A DNA stretch of 62,780 nt, counting the filler, from Chrysochromulina tobinii (Eukaryota), in the NCBI GenBank assembly GCA_001275005.1. It is 6 parts of 6 records of this genome, joined end to end, with 100 filler letters (N's around TTAATTAATTAA, not from the genome) between each part and the next. Parts side by side here need not be neighbours in the genome. Positions count along the whole stretch, not along the records: positions 1 to 14,854 come from JWZX01000280.1; 5 more parts are not named here. One strand, given 5' to 3'. Position numbers and translations under genes: made by a program. Under the pieces are notes generated by a model. The model did not search any database, was not told the DNA's origin, and was given only the letters and a program-made list of their open reading frames with translations. Of this stretch, positions 1 through 10,655 are shown piece by piece. Within the stretch, counting starts at the first letter, position 1. Each line of letters starts with the position of its first letter.

Positions 1-47
<47 letters not shown>
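1..47. repeat. poly-G tract at contig start
   Basis: 47 consecutive G; probably a contig-end or sequencing artefact. Confidence 0.7.
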
Positions 48-48
<1 letters not shown>

Positions 49-598
49 GGCAGCAGCGGCGCGACCAACTCGACGGTGGTCAAGCGCACACCCAAGCGGC
101 ATATTGGCATGTAGAGAGATTTGTAACTGACCAAGCTACCTACATATTCCATTGGCATATAGCGCTAGCGCTAGAGCGGAGGCGCTCGTGCGATTAATAT
201 CATGATTCCAGAGCATACGTGATACGACCCACCGCCCGGTGGACCGCGGAGGGGACGCGGGACTGCCGTGCGCTTTGTACCTTGCATGTGTCAAATATAT
301 CTAACATTCCCGCATTTCGAGGACCGTGCGGCGTGCGCGGTGCGGTGAGCGACAACGCGTAACGAACGTAAGCAGTTGGCCATGGCACTTTAAGCTGTGC
401 CATGTTGCACTTTTCCTTTGCACGTTTCTTTATTTCTTACGCTCCTACGTCCTAGTCGCTTCAGTGTGCCCTCTATCGTTGTATCGCCAGCGCCCCACCC
501 TGTCTAGTATGCTTCCCTGCCTCCTCCTGCTCATGCTGCGGCGTTGGCCCCGGCTGCTACCGCTGCGGCGGGCAAGAGCATCAACGTCCATGTCAACG

Positions 599-3098
599 TC
601 ATGCCCATAGGCTGGTCCTTACCGCTGGGACCTCCGCCGGCTTGCTGTTGATCAAAGGATGCAGCTGGCGCAGCTCAGCCCGGAGCGCAGTCAGTTGGCC
701 CTCTAGAGCCGTTGCAACCTCAGTGAGTCGCTTGTTGGACTTGAGTTCGCCCTCCAAAGCCGTAGTCACCTCGGTGAGTCGTTTGTTGGACTTGAACTGT
801 TGTCAGAAACGAGGGCAATGTTGTCAGATGGCACATGCAGAGAGGGACTGAGAGGGACTCAGATGGCTGCCTCAGATGGCGTTCTCAGATGGCGTTCTCA
901 GATGGCTGTCAGATGGCATTCTCAGATGGCTCTCTCAGATGGCATCCTCAGATGGCATCCTCAGATGGAACTCTCACCTGCTCGTCTGCCAGCCGTTCGA
1001 TCGCCTTCTGCATCGCCATGAGAGTAGCTTCGCCGCTGATCGAGGCACCTGTGTCCGGTGCAGCCCCTGGCGACATTCCGGAGCCCGTGGTTGGCGACCA
1101 GCTCCTGCGCACCGCCTGCAAAATCAGGGATCCGTCATCTTCAGCGCCGTGCTGCGAGCGGTCCATGAACTCCGTCGCGAGGCTTTGGGAATGCCCATCC
1201 CCATCCGAGTCGCCTCTGACATTGCGCGCGTAGATGTAGTGTGAGCGCCCATGGAACTTGACGCCGCGGCGAGCGCAATCCTCCTCCGCGGCGCGCACGA
1301 TGGAGCGCCGCAGGCACAGATTAATCTTATGCTTCTTGATCACCATCCGGATGCGCCGCGGGCAGTCGTGGATCAACTGGCGGAGCCGCTCGCCCCGTAT
1401 CGCGTAGGTCCACAGGTACGAGAGCGCGATGACGGGGAAGGCGGCACGCAGGCCAGGGATGTCGAGGATCTCGTCCGTGCGGAAGGCCGCCCCCAGCCCG
1501 AGCACACGCCCGGCGTACAGCGCTCGCCCCCGCGCGGAGACGACGTAGAGGGAGCCGAGGGGCACGGTCTCATTCGTCGGGTAGACGTGAGCTCGGAGTT
1601 CGAGGGCCAGTCGTACGTGTAGCTCTCGGTCCGTTTGCCCGTTGATGCCCTGAAGCCACCAGAGGCCCTCGAGCCAACGCTCGTTCATCTTGAGCGCAAA
1701 CTCGCCTGCGAGGCCGGGGGAGAAGAGTTGCATCAGGCGTATCCGTGTCGTCTGCTGCCGAAGCTTCATCGTCTGGTGGACGTACTCGCGCAGCCGGTAA
1801 CGCAACTCCGGGGGGATCTTCTCTTTCTCCATGTGCCAGTTGAGGTCTGTGATGTCGACCCGGAACCCGGCCTTGTCGGGCGAGAGGGTCGAGGCAAGCC
1901 CGCAGAAGGAGCCAATGATGTACGCGAAGCAGAGGACGCCGCAGTACATGAGCGCCAAGCACACTATCTGCTCCTGCGGCTTTTGCTTGATCGCGGACAC
2001 GTCGCCGTACCCCGTCGAGGTGACGGTGGCCACAGCCCAGTAGATGGCGCGGGTGTAGAGCGTCTCCGTGCCCATGCAGCTGTACCCGGTCTGCGGATAG
2101 AGTTCGGATGGCTCCCTCACGTCGCACTTCTGGCCTGGCGGGCACGTCGTGGTGGGGTCCCAGTCGACGCAGTAGCCTTGGCCATCGGGACCCATCCAAC
2201 TGCTGATCGGGTCAAATGAGGCTTGGAGCCCCCATACGCATGCGAACACGTGGCACATGTAGATGAGCCCGAGGAGCAGCATCGAGATCGAGAGCGCCGC
2301 ATAATTGATCGAGATATGCAGCTCCCACCGCTTGACGATCGTGCTCCGGCCGAGCAGGTTCACGAACTTGATCAGCCGCAGCGCGCGCAAGACGCGCAAG
2401 CTCTTCAAGCGCGCGAGTGGCCCGTCCGCGTCCGCGAAGATGTCGAAGGCGGAGACGGCAATCGACACCAAGTCCACCGGGAACCAAACGCTCGTCAGGT
2501 AGTGCCACGCGATCTTGCGCCGAGACGTGATCCACTTTTCGCCCTTATGGCTCTTATGGTCGGGCACCGAGTACCTGTGCGCAGGGCACGCGAGGAATAC
2601 GGGAGGCAATCAGTGCTCATCATCCAAGAGAGCCTGATGAGGGAGGCAATCAGTGCTCCTGCACAGTGCCGCCGGTAACGCTCGACTCTCGTCGCGAGCA
2701 CGCAGCCGTGCGCACATGATGAAGAACTGCATCAGCAAGTCAATGATGAAGATGATGTCGACGCAGCGGTTGGTGATGAAGAGTCCATCAGACCATCGAT
2801 CCTGCGGGATCGCCATGAAGCCCACCTCGACGGGCGTGACGAATGCGATGAAGATGAGCGTAGTCCCCGTGACTACTTCCCAATAGCGCATGATCCGGCT
2901 CTTGCGTGGATCGAGAAGCAGGAATGGGACGGGGACCTCCTCGTTCTTCATTCGCATCCTGATCTCATTCTCCAGAATGGTCCACCTTTGAAGATCCTCG
3001 CCATGAGTGTCTTGTGCTCCCCTCTTCTCCTCTGTCTCCTCGCCCCTCCTCGGTGAGCCATGCTCAGATGAGCTCGCAGTGACCGCGGCGGCGATCAT
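599..3098 (-). CDS. EAG/CNG-like voltage-gated K+ channel, 3 exons (3098-2716, 2574-978, 796-599)
   Basis: S4 RLKSLRVLRALRLIK, pore TVTSTGYGD, C-linker (LRYRLREY) and degenerate CNBD. GT-AG introns 2715-2575 and 977-797 restore the frame (FFIM|YSVP, ADEQ|FKSN) and add a C-terminal coiled-coil exon ending at TGA 601-599. Confidence 0.85.
857..970 (-). repeat. imperfect 12-15 bp tandem array (GCCATCTGAG core) inside channel intron 977-797
   Basis: about 8 copies of tcagatgg on the + strand. Confidence 0.85.
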
Positions 3099-3447
3099 CA
3101 AAATGCAATTCTGGAGAGGAGATGGTGATGCGCTGCAGGCCTTTGTGATCCAATTTCGTGACGCCTATCAGTCGCCTCACAAGTTTCCAAAAAATAGATC
3201 GGCCTTTTTTACTGAATTTAAGTACCTCACGCAAAGTAGGCGCGGTGGACAATGCGCCCTACTGACTGTTCTTGTACAGTGCACTGTAGTCGTCTCAGCG
3301 TCAAGTTCATGCAGTTGCTGTGCATGCACAAAAGCCTTTCAAGGCCGTTTCCGGTTTGCCGCTGGTGCCGCGCTTCATCGATCGAGGCCAACTCTGCACT
3401 TGGGCCGGCGAGACAGAACTCTGGACGGTGAGACAGAGGCGGCCGAG

Positions 3448-6400
3448 ATGTGGTTGAGCGAGGCAGCTCCAGCCACAACGGCCGAGGACAATGACACGCT
3501 GAGTCCGGTGCCTGGCGCACAGGCGTTCTTGCCCTCGACTGAGCACGAGGACGGCGAGCTTTTGTCTGTCTCTTGCCGCCAGTCTCTTGCTGCCGCTCTG
3601 TCTCCTGCGGCCAGGTCTGTCGAGCTCGCCAGGGAGACGAGGGTTCGGATTGATGCGATGGCCAATGAGCTGCCAGCCCAAACGACCACCATGCACCGCC
3701 GGGCCCCTTCGAAGCCCAGTGCACATCTCTGGCCGACGCATCCGCACAATCGTCCGCACCAACGTTCGGCGCCGACGTTCGCCTCCCGAAGGCCACAACT
3801 CTCAGCTCCGGAGTACATGGCTCTCGTCGGCGGGGTGACACTCTCCGAGAACGGCGCACAGGAGCATAGGCTTGCGCCCCGCCATCCACTGCGCACGAGC
3901 ACGAGCAACGTCTGCCTGACCAATTCGCTCAAGTACGGGCGCGGCTTCCCACCGCCAGGGCCGACGCCAGCCGACGTACTCGAGAGCGAGCTGATCGCAA
4001 CGTCCGCGCTGCTCGGGGAGGCGAACCAACTCATGTCGGAGCAGCGGCGGCAGGCGCAGCGCGATCGGGTCCGTCGCGAGCGCGAGTTCGCTTCGCGCGC
4101 CGCCCACGCAGCCGCACAGGAACGCGCCCGGCTCGAGGCGCGTGCCGAAAAGGACAAGGCGATGAGGGAGATGCGTGCGGCGCGGGAGGGCGAGTACCAT
4201 GCAAGCCTCGGCGGGAGCAACCTTGGGGTGCAGCGCGCGCAGCTGCTTCACTTGGCCGAGCAGGTGACGGACCAGCGCCCACGCGGCCCTCCCCCAATTG
4301 CATGCTGATTGCCCCGCCAATCACTGAGCCGAGCAGGTGACGGACGCCCACACGGCCCTCCCCCAATTGCATGCTGATTGCCCCGCCAATCACTGAGCCG
4401 AGCAGGTGGCGGACGCCCACACGGCCCTCCCCCGAGTGTACGCTGATTGCCCTTCCCCCCCATTGCATGCAGGTCGCGAAGCAGCGCAAGGCTCTGGTCG
4501 TTGAGCTTCGCACCGAGCAGGTGCAATCTCTCCCGTGATCTCCCTTGATTGCCCTTGATGGACCCCTTTCGAGCTGGTCGTTGAGCTTCGCACCGAGCAG
4601 GCGCGCCGTTCCGAGCGCGAGGTCAGCGACGAGCAGTGGGCGTGCTCACCACGACGCCCTCTCTCCTCTCCCCACAGGCGCGCCGTTCCGAGCGCGAGAT
4701 CAGCGACGAGCAGTGGGCAGCGCGCGTGCACGAGCTGTCGCAGCAGACCGAGGCGGCCATGGGTGAGGCGGCGCGGCATCTCGCAGCCCTCGAGGAGCTC
4801 AAGGTTCGTCAACCAGAGCCCACTGATTACGTATGATTGCCCTCTGATTGCTTCTGAGAGCCCTCGGGAAACTCCAGGTTCGTCACAGCCGGATGCATGC
4901 CGCGTGGGTCGAGAGCGTTCGACTAATTGCCACTAATTGCCACTAATCGCCACTAATTGCCACAGGTTCGTCACAACCGGATGCATGCCGCGTGGGTCGA
5001 GAGCGTTCGACGTGTCGCCCACCGGCGTCGTCGCCATCGCACCCTCCTGCATGCTCTCGGTACGTGGGCGGAGCATGCATCCATGCAGGCGCTCCTATCT
5101 CGGGCTTCGTCACTCATGGGCTCCGAGTACGGCGGGCGACAGCGCTCGACCAAAACGGCCATGCGCGCCCTCTTCTCGATCTGGGCGGTGCGCACACGCG
5201 AAGCCGCGGAAGAGGCCGCCGAGGCCGAAGCCCGCGCCAAGGCGGCGGCGCATGCACTGCAGCTCGCCGATCTCGAGCGCGCCAGATCGAAGGTGCTCGC
5301 CGAGCTTGACGAAACCAGAAAGGCGAAGCTCGCGAGCGACGAGCGAGCTGCCGATCTCGAGGCGCAGCTCGCCTTGGCCAAGCAAGAGGCCAAGGCTGAG
5401 TTAGCTCGCTCGCGAGAAAAGTAAGTCTGCCGACCGCGTAGAGACAACAGCGCGGAGGAAACAGTGGAGCTACCCCTCGGGCCTCGAGCGATGCCTGATT
5501 GCCACTGAGTGATCTCGAGCGATGCCTGATTGCCACACTAAGTGCCTCTGATTGCCTCCCTCATCAGGTACATAGAGGAGATGGGTGCTCGAGCGATGCA
5601 CCGGCTCAAGCACAGCGGCATCCTGCGTGGCTGGGGCTCATGGCGCGAATGGTATGCTGATTGCCCCCTGATTGCCCCCGATTGCCCCCTCAATTAGCAC
5701 AGCGGCATCCTGCGTGGCTGGGGCTCATGGCGCGAATGGTATGCTGATTGCCCCCTGATTGCCCCCGATTGCCCCCTTAATTAGCACGGCGGCATCCTGC
5801 CTGGCTGGGGCTCATGGCGCGAATGGTATGCTGATTGCCCCCTTCATTACATGCGTGGCTAGGGCTGATGGCGGGAGTGGCGCTTTGTTGACTACTGATT
5901 GGCTCTCTGATGGCCTCTGACGGTCTCTGATGGGCGCTGTGATGGGCGTATGGGCACTGGCATATGGCACTGATGGCCACTAATTGCTACACTAACACTG
6001 ATGGCGACGAATTGCTACACGAATTGGCACCCTCTCCTCACCCTCTCCTCACCCTCTCCTCACCCTCTCCTCACCCTCTCTCCTCCCAGGTATGAGGAGG
6101 TGACCCTCAAGACTGAGACGCGCCAACGGACCCGCGACATCTTGAACACGATGCGACAGCCTGGGCTCGCCCTCGGCTTCGGTCGGTGGAGGGACCGGTG
6201 GGCACTGCGGGCGAAGCTCAACCGCCATTCCGAGTTGGCCGCCGAAGAGGCGAAAGAGAAGTCCCTCGCACAGCGTTTCGCCGAGGTGAGTGCCATTGTG
6301 ATGCACGCACTGATGTGACGCGTGCACTGATGTGCATGCACTGATGGCCCCTCCTGATTGCTCCTTAGGATATATTGATTGCTCCTGATGACCTATTGAT

Positions 6401-8411
6401 TGCTCCTGATGACATATTGATTGCTCCTGAGGACCTCTCTGAGTGCCTCTGTCGCCTCTGATGGCCTCTGATGTGCCCTCTGATTGCCATCTGATTGCAT
6501 CCGATTGCCTCTGATTGCTTATGATGTGCCCTCCGGCCTCTGGCATACTCTTCTGTGGCTACTCAGTGTGGCACGCGCACAGCGAGCGTCTTTAACTCTC
6601 TAGGCGCTCCAGATCGTGATTGCCTCCCTCATCAGCCGATTGCCCCCCTCATCATCGCAGGCGGACTGAGAGCGTCTCGAGGCGCTCCTCATCTGATTGC
6701 CTCCCTCATCAGCCGATTGCCCCCCTCATCATCGCAGGCGGACTGAGAGCGTCTCGAGGCGCTCCTCATCTGATTGCCCCCCTCATCAGCCGATTGCCCC
6801 CCTCATCATGGCAGGCGGACCGAGAGCGTCTCGAGGCGCTCCAGATCGTGAGCAGCACACGGCTGGTCCTCGTCGAAGTGGAGCAAGCGCTCGCCCTCGA
6901 GCGCACCGCCTCGGCGGAGCTCCGAATCGCGGTGCGCTCCACACGGCGCCTATGATTGCCTCTGATTGCCTCTGATTGCCTCGGCGGAGCTCCGAATCGC
7001 GGTGCGCTCAACACGGCGCTCACCCGCTCAACCGCTACCCCCGCATGCTGATTGCGGATGAGTGCATGCTGATTGCGTGAGTGCATGCTGATTGCGCGAG
7101 TGCATGCTGATTGCGCGAGTGCATGCTGATTGCGGATGAGCTACGTAGATAGTGGTGCATCAGCACACACTCGGTGGGACCTTGGGGCTAAATGATCAAT
7201 CGCCCCCAATTTGCATGCTGATTGCCCCCCCCCGATTGCATGATGATTGCCCCCCGATTGCATGCTGATTGGCCCCTCCCATTGGCATGCAGGTGCGTCA
7301 AGCGCACTCGGACCTGATTGCATGCTGATTGCATGCTGATTGCATGCTGATTGCATGCTGATTGCATGCTGATTGCAGGTGCGTCAAGCGCACTCGGACC
7401 TGGTGGAAGCTCGACGTGCCGAGCGCGGGGCAAACCAGCGGCGTGAGCAACAGTCGGAGGTTGAGAGGCGGATGAAGCTCGCCATCGAGGAGGCGGAGCA
7501 TGCGAAGGCGGAGCTCGAGCGTGTGCGTGAGGAAGCCAAGGGAGCTGCATCGCGTCAGCAGGTGGCCGAAGAGAGTGACCGAACTTGCCCGAACTTGCCC
7601 GATGGCTAGGCTGAGTACCGCCCCAATTGCATGCAGCCCTGATTGCCAGGCTGATACCAGGCTGAGTACCGCCTCAATTGCATGCAGCCCTGATTGCCAG
7701 GCTGATACCAGGCTGAGTACCGCCTCAATTGCATGCTGAGAACTCCCGATGGCCAGGCTGAGTCCAAGCCCTATACATCCCCCCCAAATGCATGCAGGTC
7801 GCTGCCGAGACCGAACTCGGCCGACTGCTCAAGGAGCAACGCGCGCACTACGAGTCGATGATCCATCAGATGAAGCACGAGTATGAGGAGGACCTGCGCA
7901 CCTCTGATCACCTCTGATCGCACCTGATCACACCTCTGATTACCTCTCACTGATCGCCTCTGATCGCCTCTGATCGCCTCTGATTGCCTCTCTCATCAGG
8001 TACGAGGAGCACCTGCTCTCGCTGCACGCGCGGATTGCGGCGTACGAGGCCGTGAAGCCGCCTGTGATCAGCCTCGACCTCAACCCTCCCCCGCCAGCCA
8101 AGCCCAAGTTGCCAGGATGGCGAACGGAGCTGCGGATCGAAGAGAGACGCATCGAGCTCGCCGCCGCCGCCGCCGCCAAAGCCGCCGCCGATGGGGCGGC
8201 CGATGGGGTGGTGGTGAACGACGACCGCATCGCACGGTGGACGCCCAAGCAGAAAGGCTACTATGTCTACACGTTCAACGTGAAGGAGGGCGAAACGGTC
8301 ACGACGATGCCTGTCTCATCGCCCACGACCACGCAGGCGCCCACGACAGCGCCGAGGACGGGACGGGAGCTGCAATTGCATGCGCGTAACTACAACACGC
8401 GAGATCTTTGA
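3448..8411 (+). CDS. coiled-coil protein with Sfi1-like (LxxxF/WxxW) repeats, 10 exons
   Basis: Exons 3448-4263, 4473-4520, 4678-4803, 4966-5420, 5568-5651, 6090-6285, 6815-6931, 7379-7561, 7798-7880, 8000-8411 join in one frame via nine GT-AG introns. Motifs LLHALGTW, MRALFSIW, LRGWGSW, LALGFGRW. The Sfi1/centrin-binding call is tentative. Confidence 0.75.
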
Positions 8412-8479
8412 GCAGCATGCGCCATGTCCACGTGGAAACGTGGCACGTTGTCGCACGTGTGGCCTCGTGCTGATATCTA

Positions 8480-8549
8480 CTGAGATCGTTCTGAGATCGT
8501 TCTGAGATCGTTCTGAGATCGTTCTGAGATCGTTCTGAGATCGTTCTGA
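8480..8549 (+). repeat. 11-bp tandem repeat (CTGAGATCGTT) x6
   Basis: perfect array just downstream of the stop at 8411. Confidence 0.95.
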
Positions 8550-8733
8550 CGAGTCAGCTCACACGCAAGGGAATGGGTGTGCGCTACCAGCCCCAAGGCA
8601 CACGTTGAGGCACACGGGCGCCATGGCGGGCGCGATGACGGCACACGGCCCGGTTTACAGCTGACGCACACGGAGCGGAGCAATTTATAATTGCAAATTG
8701 GTGCGGGGGAACGGGAAGGTGAGGCTCACTAGT

Positions 8734-8889
8734 CACTTGACCCAAAAGGGTAGGGGAGGGTATTCTTTCTGGATTCACACACTATCCCCACCACCTGATT
8801 TTGAACTCAGTGGTTGACCCAAAAGGGTAGGGGAGGGTATTCTTTCTGGATTCACACACTATCCCCACCACCTGATTTTGAACTCAGTG
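8734..8889 (-). mobile_element. short interspersed repeat family, two tandem 76-bp units
   Basis: 8737-8812 = 8814-8889; reverse complement recurs at 28292-28377 and degenerate at 40183-40280. Confidence 0.65.
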
Positions 8890-9714
8890 CTCTGTCCTCT
8901 GACGGGGGTTCCCGTCCGGGGATGCGGGGAAGGTGAGAGTACCGCTACCGGACGGAGGTGAGGCGCGCGACGGCCCCGTCGCCCGTGTGGCGGGCCCTGA
9001 CAAAATTCGATTCAGTTACGTTCTACAATCCCCACCATAGAAGCTCCCACAGCCGTTGCGAGTCGGTAAACGCTAAACCGGTTCCGGACGCGGTTGCAAC
9101 TTGCATGCGATGCCCCCGCGGCCAGGGTGAAACGTGGCTCGGACCCGCCCGGCTGCGTGGGAGGCGTCCGTAGGTGGCGTCCGCGGTTTCCGCTGACCGG
9201 GTCCGGGTGCGAGTTTTGTATAGAGAGACGAAAAGAAAACGAAAAGCGGGTCCCCAGCCCTCGCCCCCTGGGCCCATATTCACATCGTATTTCTTTGAGG
9301 GCAATCAGTAAATCTCACAAAAGCCCGCGGTCGTGACCTTCTTTCCGGCGCCTTGACCATCTCGGCGCACGTGAAGCCCGCCTTGTTCAGGCCTTGCACA
9401 TGAATGCGTGCAGCGTTCGCGTTGTCGCGTAGAGGCGGCCCTGCGGCGGTCCTCAACAGTCGGTCAGGCGAGCCGAACGCTGGCGTTGCTTTTGGCCAAA
9501 CCGTTGCTTTAATCTTTTTGGCAGCACGTCGACTCAGGCTCAGGTGGGCGGGGGGGCAAGGGTCGGGCGTATGCGGGCAGCGTGTCAAGGATCGCGCGCC
9601 TTCGGCTTTCGTCCTCTCGCGCGAGATGTTCGCGCGAGGTGTGATACTCACGTCTCACATCTCACATCTCACTCACTCTCTCACTCAAACAAAATGTCGA
9701 CGGCAAACTCGACG

Positions 9715-9888
9715 TCAGTCGGCTTTCTCATCGTCACCCTCGCGCATCTCTGGATGAAGTCGCCCATAGAGTCGACAGAGAAGCACCATTGCAATGATGG
9801 TGATTGCCGATATGCCGGTGATAGCCCATATGCTGTGATCGCCATCGATCAACGTGTAGCCAAAGTTGGTAATCTTGATCTGCACCAT
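9715..9888 (-). CDS. putative 57-aa single-pass membrane microprotein (not in ORF track)
   Basis: MVQIKITNFGYTLIDGDHSIWAITGISAITIIAMVLLCRLYGRLHPEMREGDDEKAD*; clean hydrophobic helix followed by basic residues. Confidence 0.45.
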   Translation of the reverse strand: MVQIKITNFGYTLIDGDHSIWAITGISAITIIAMVLLCRLYGRLHPEMREGDDEKAD

Positions 9889-10035
9889 GGAAAAGGCGGC
9901 AGTCTAGTATGGTAGTAGTCACTGAGACGGCAGCGGTCGCGTGACGACGTCTCTGTTCACCTCGTCTGTCCCGCCATGCATATATGCGCACAGTCTACAA
10001 GTGTGAACGCCCGTCATGTTTTTCAATTGCTAAAG

Positions 10036-10192
10036 ATTGGCTGTGAACGCGGTAGCCGCATCCGTATGTTTGCCGGTCCGGTGTTTTGGGCGTCGAACTA
10101 CAACCATTGGCTGTGAACGTGGAAATGTGGTCCATGCGAGGGGGTCCATGGTCTTCTACCTAGCGGTCAACTTTTAACCATTGGCTGTGAAC
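10036..10192 (-). promoter_or_regulatory. three copies of GTTCACAGCCAAT (CCAAT-box-containing motif)
   Basis: attggctgtgaac at 10036, 10106 and 10180; 12-bp core again at 54501. Confidence 0.4.
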
Positions 10193-10655
10193 TTATTGTG
10201 GACCCCCCCGGCATCTTGCGTAATGAAATTTCGGAACCCCCATTCTTGCCCTTAGTACACTCGTGTGCACACGACCTTGGAAAGTTGCGGTAAAATTGCC
10301 CGAGCGCCGACCAATCTGCGGAGCATGGTGCATGTTTTTTTTGGACTGGGATCTCGTGAATCTTCTTGCGAATCACGGATTGTTTGTTTCATTGCGATTT
10401 TTAAATAGGAACATAGAAAACCCAATTGTGGTGAACCTCGCGAGATCCCTTCGCGCACTCATCATCAAGACCACAGTATGGACCCAACCTTTTAGGCTGC
10501 GCTTCGGCGGCCGCGCGCGGCGACCTCGCGCCTGACCTGCACTAGGCGACCTTCGGCCAGCGAGCACGAGCATCCTTCAGAGCGCGCCTTCGCTCGTGCT
10601 CGCTAAACCCTCCTCTCACGCACACGCGCGCAGATCACCCAAACCAACAACAGTC

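Noticed and set aside
1..47. G-quadruplex or telomere
   Set aside because: A pure G run at the contig edge, not a TTAGGG-type repeat; likely an artefact.
3007..3447. N-terminal extension of the 3007-4308 ORF
   Set aside because: It overlaps the channel gene start and an AT-richer divergent promoter; ATG 3448 is more plausible.
4264..7999. CRISPR-like repeat-spacer arrays
   Set aside because: The units are tandem duplicates of local exon and intron sequence without unique spacers; no cas genes; eukaryotic context.
4264..7999. Classical TIR-type Introner elements
   Set aside because: The introns are not similar end to end and show no terminal inverted repeats; only short modules are shared.
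9693..9915. Plus-strand small ORF MSTANSTSVG
   Set aside because: No recognisable features; the antisense 57-aa ORF is more protein-like.
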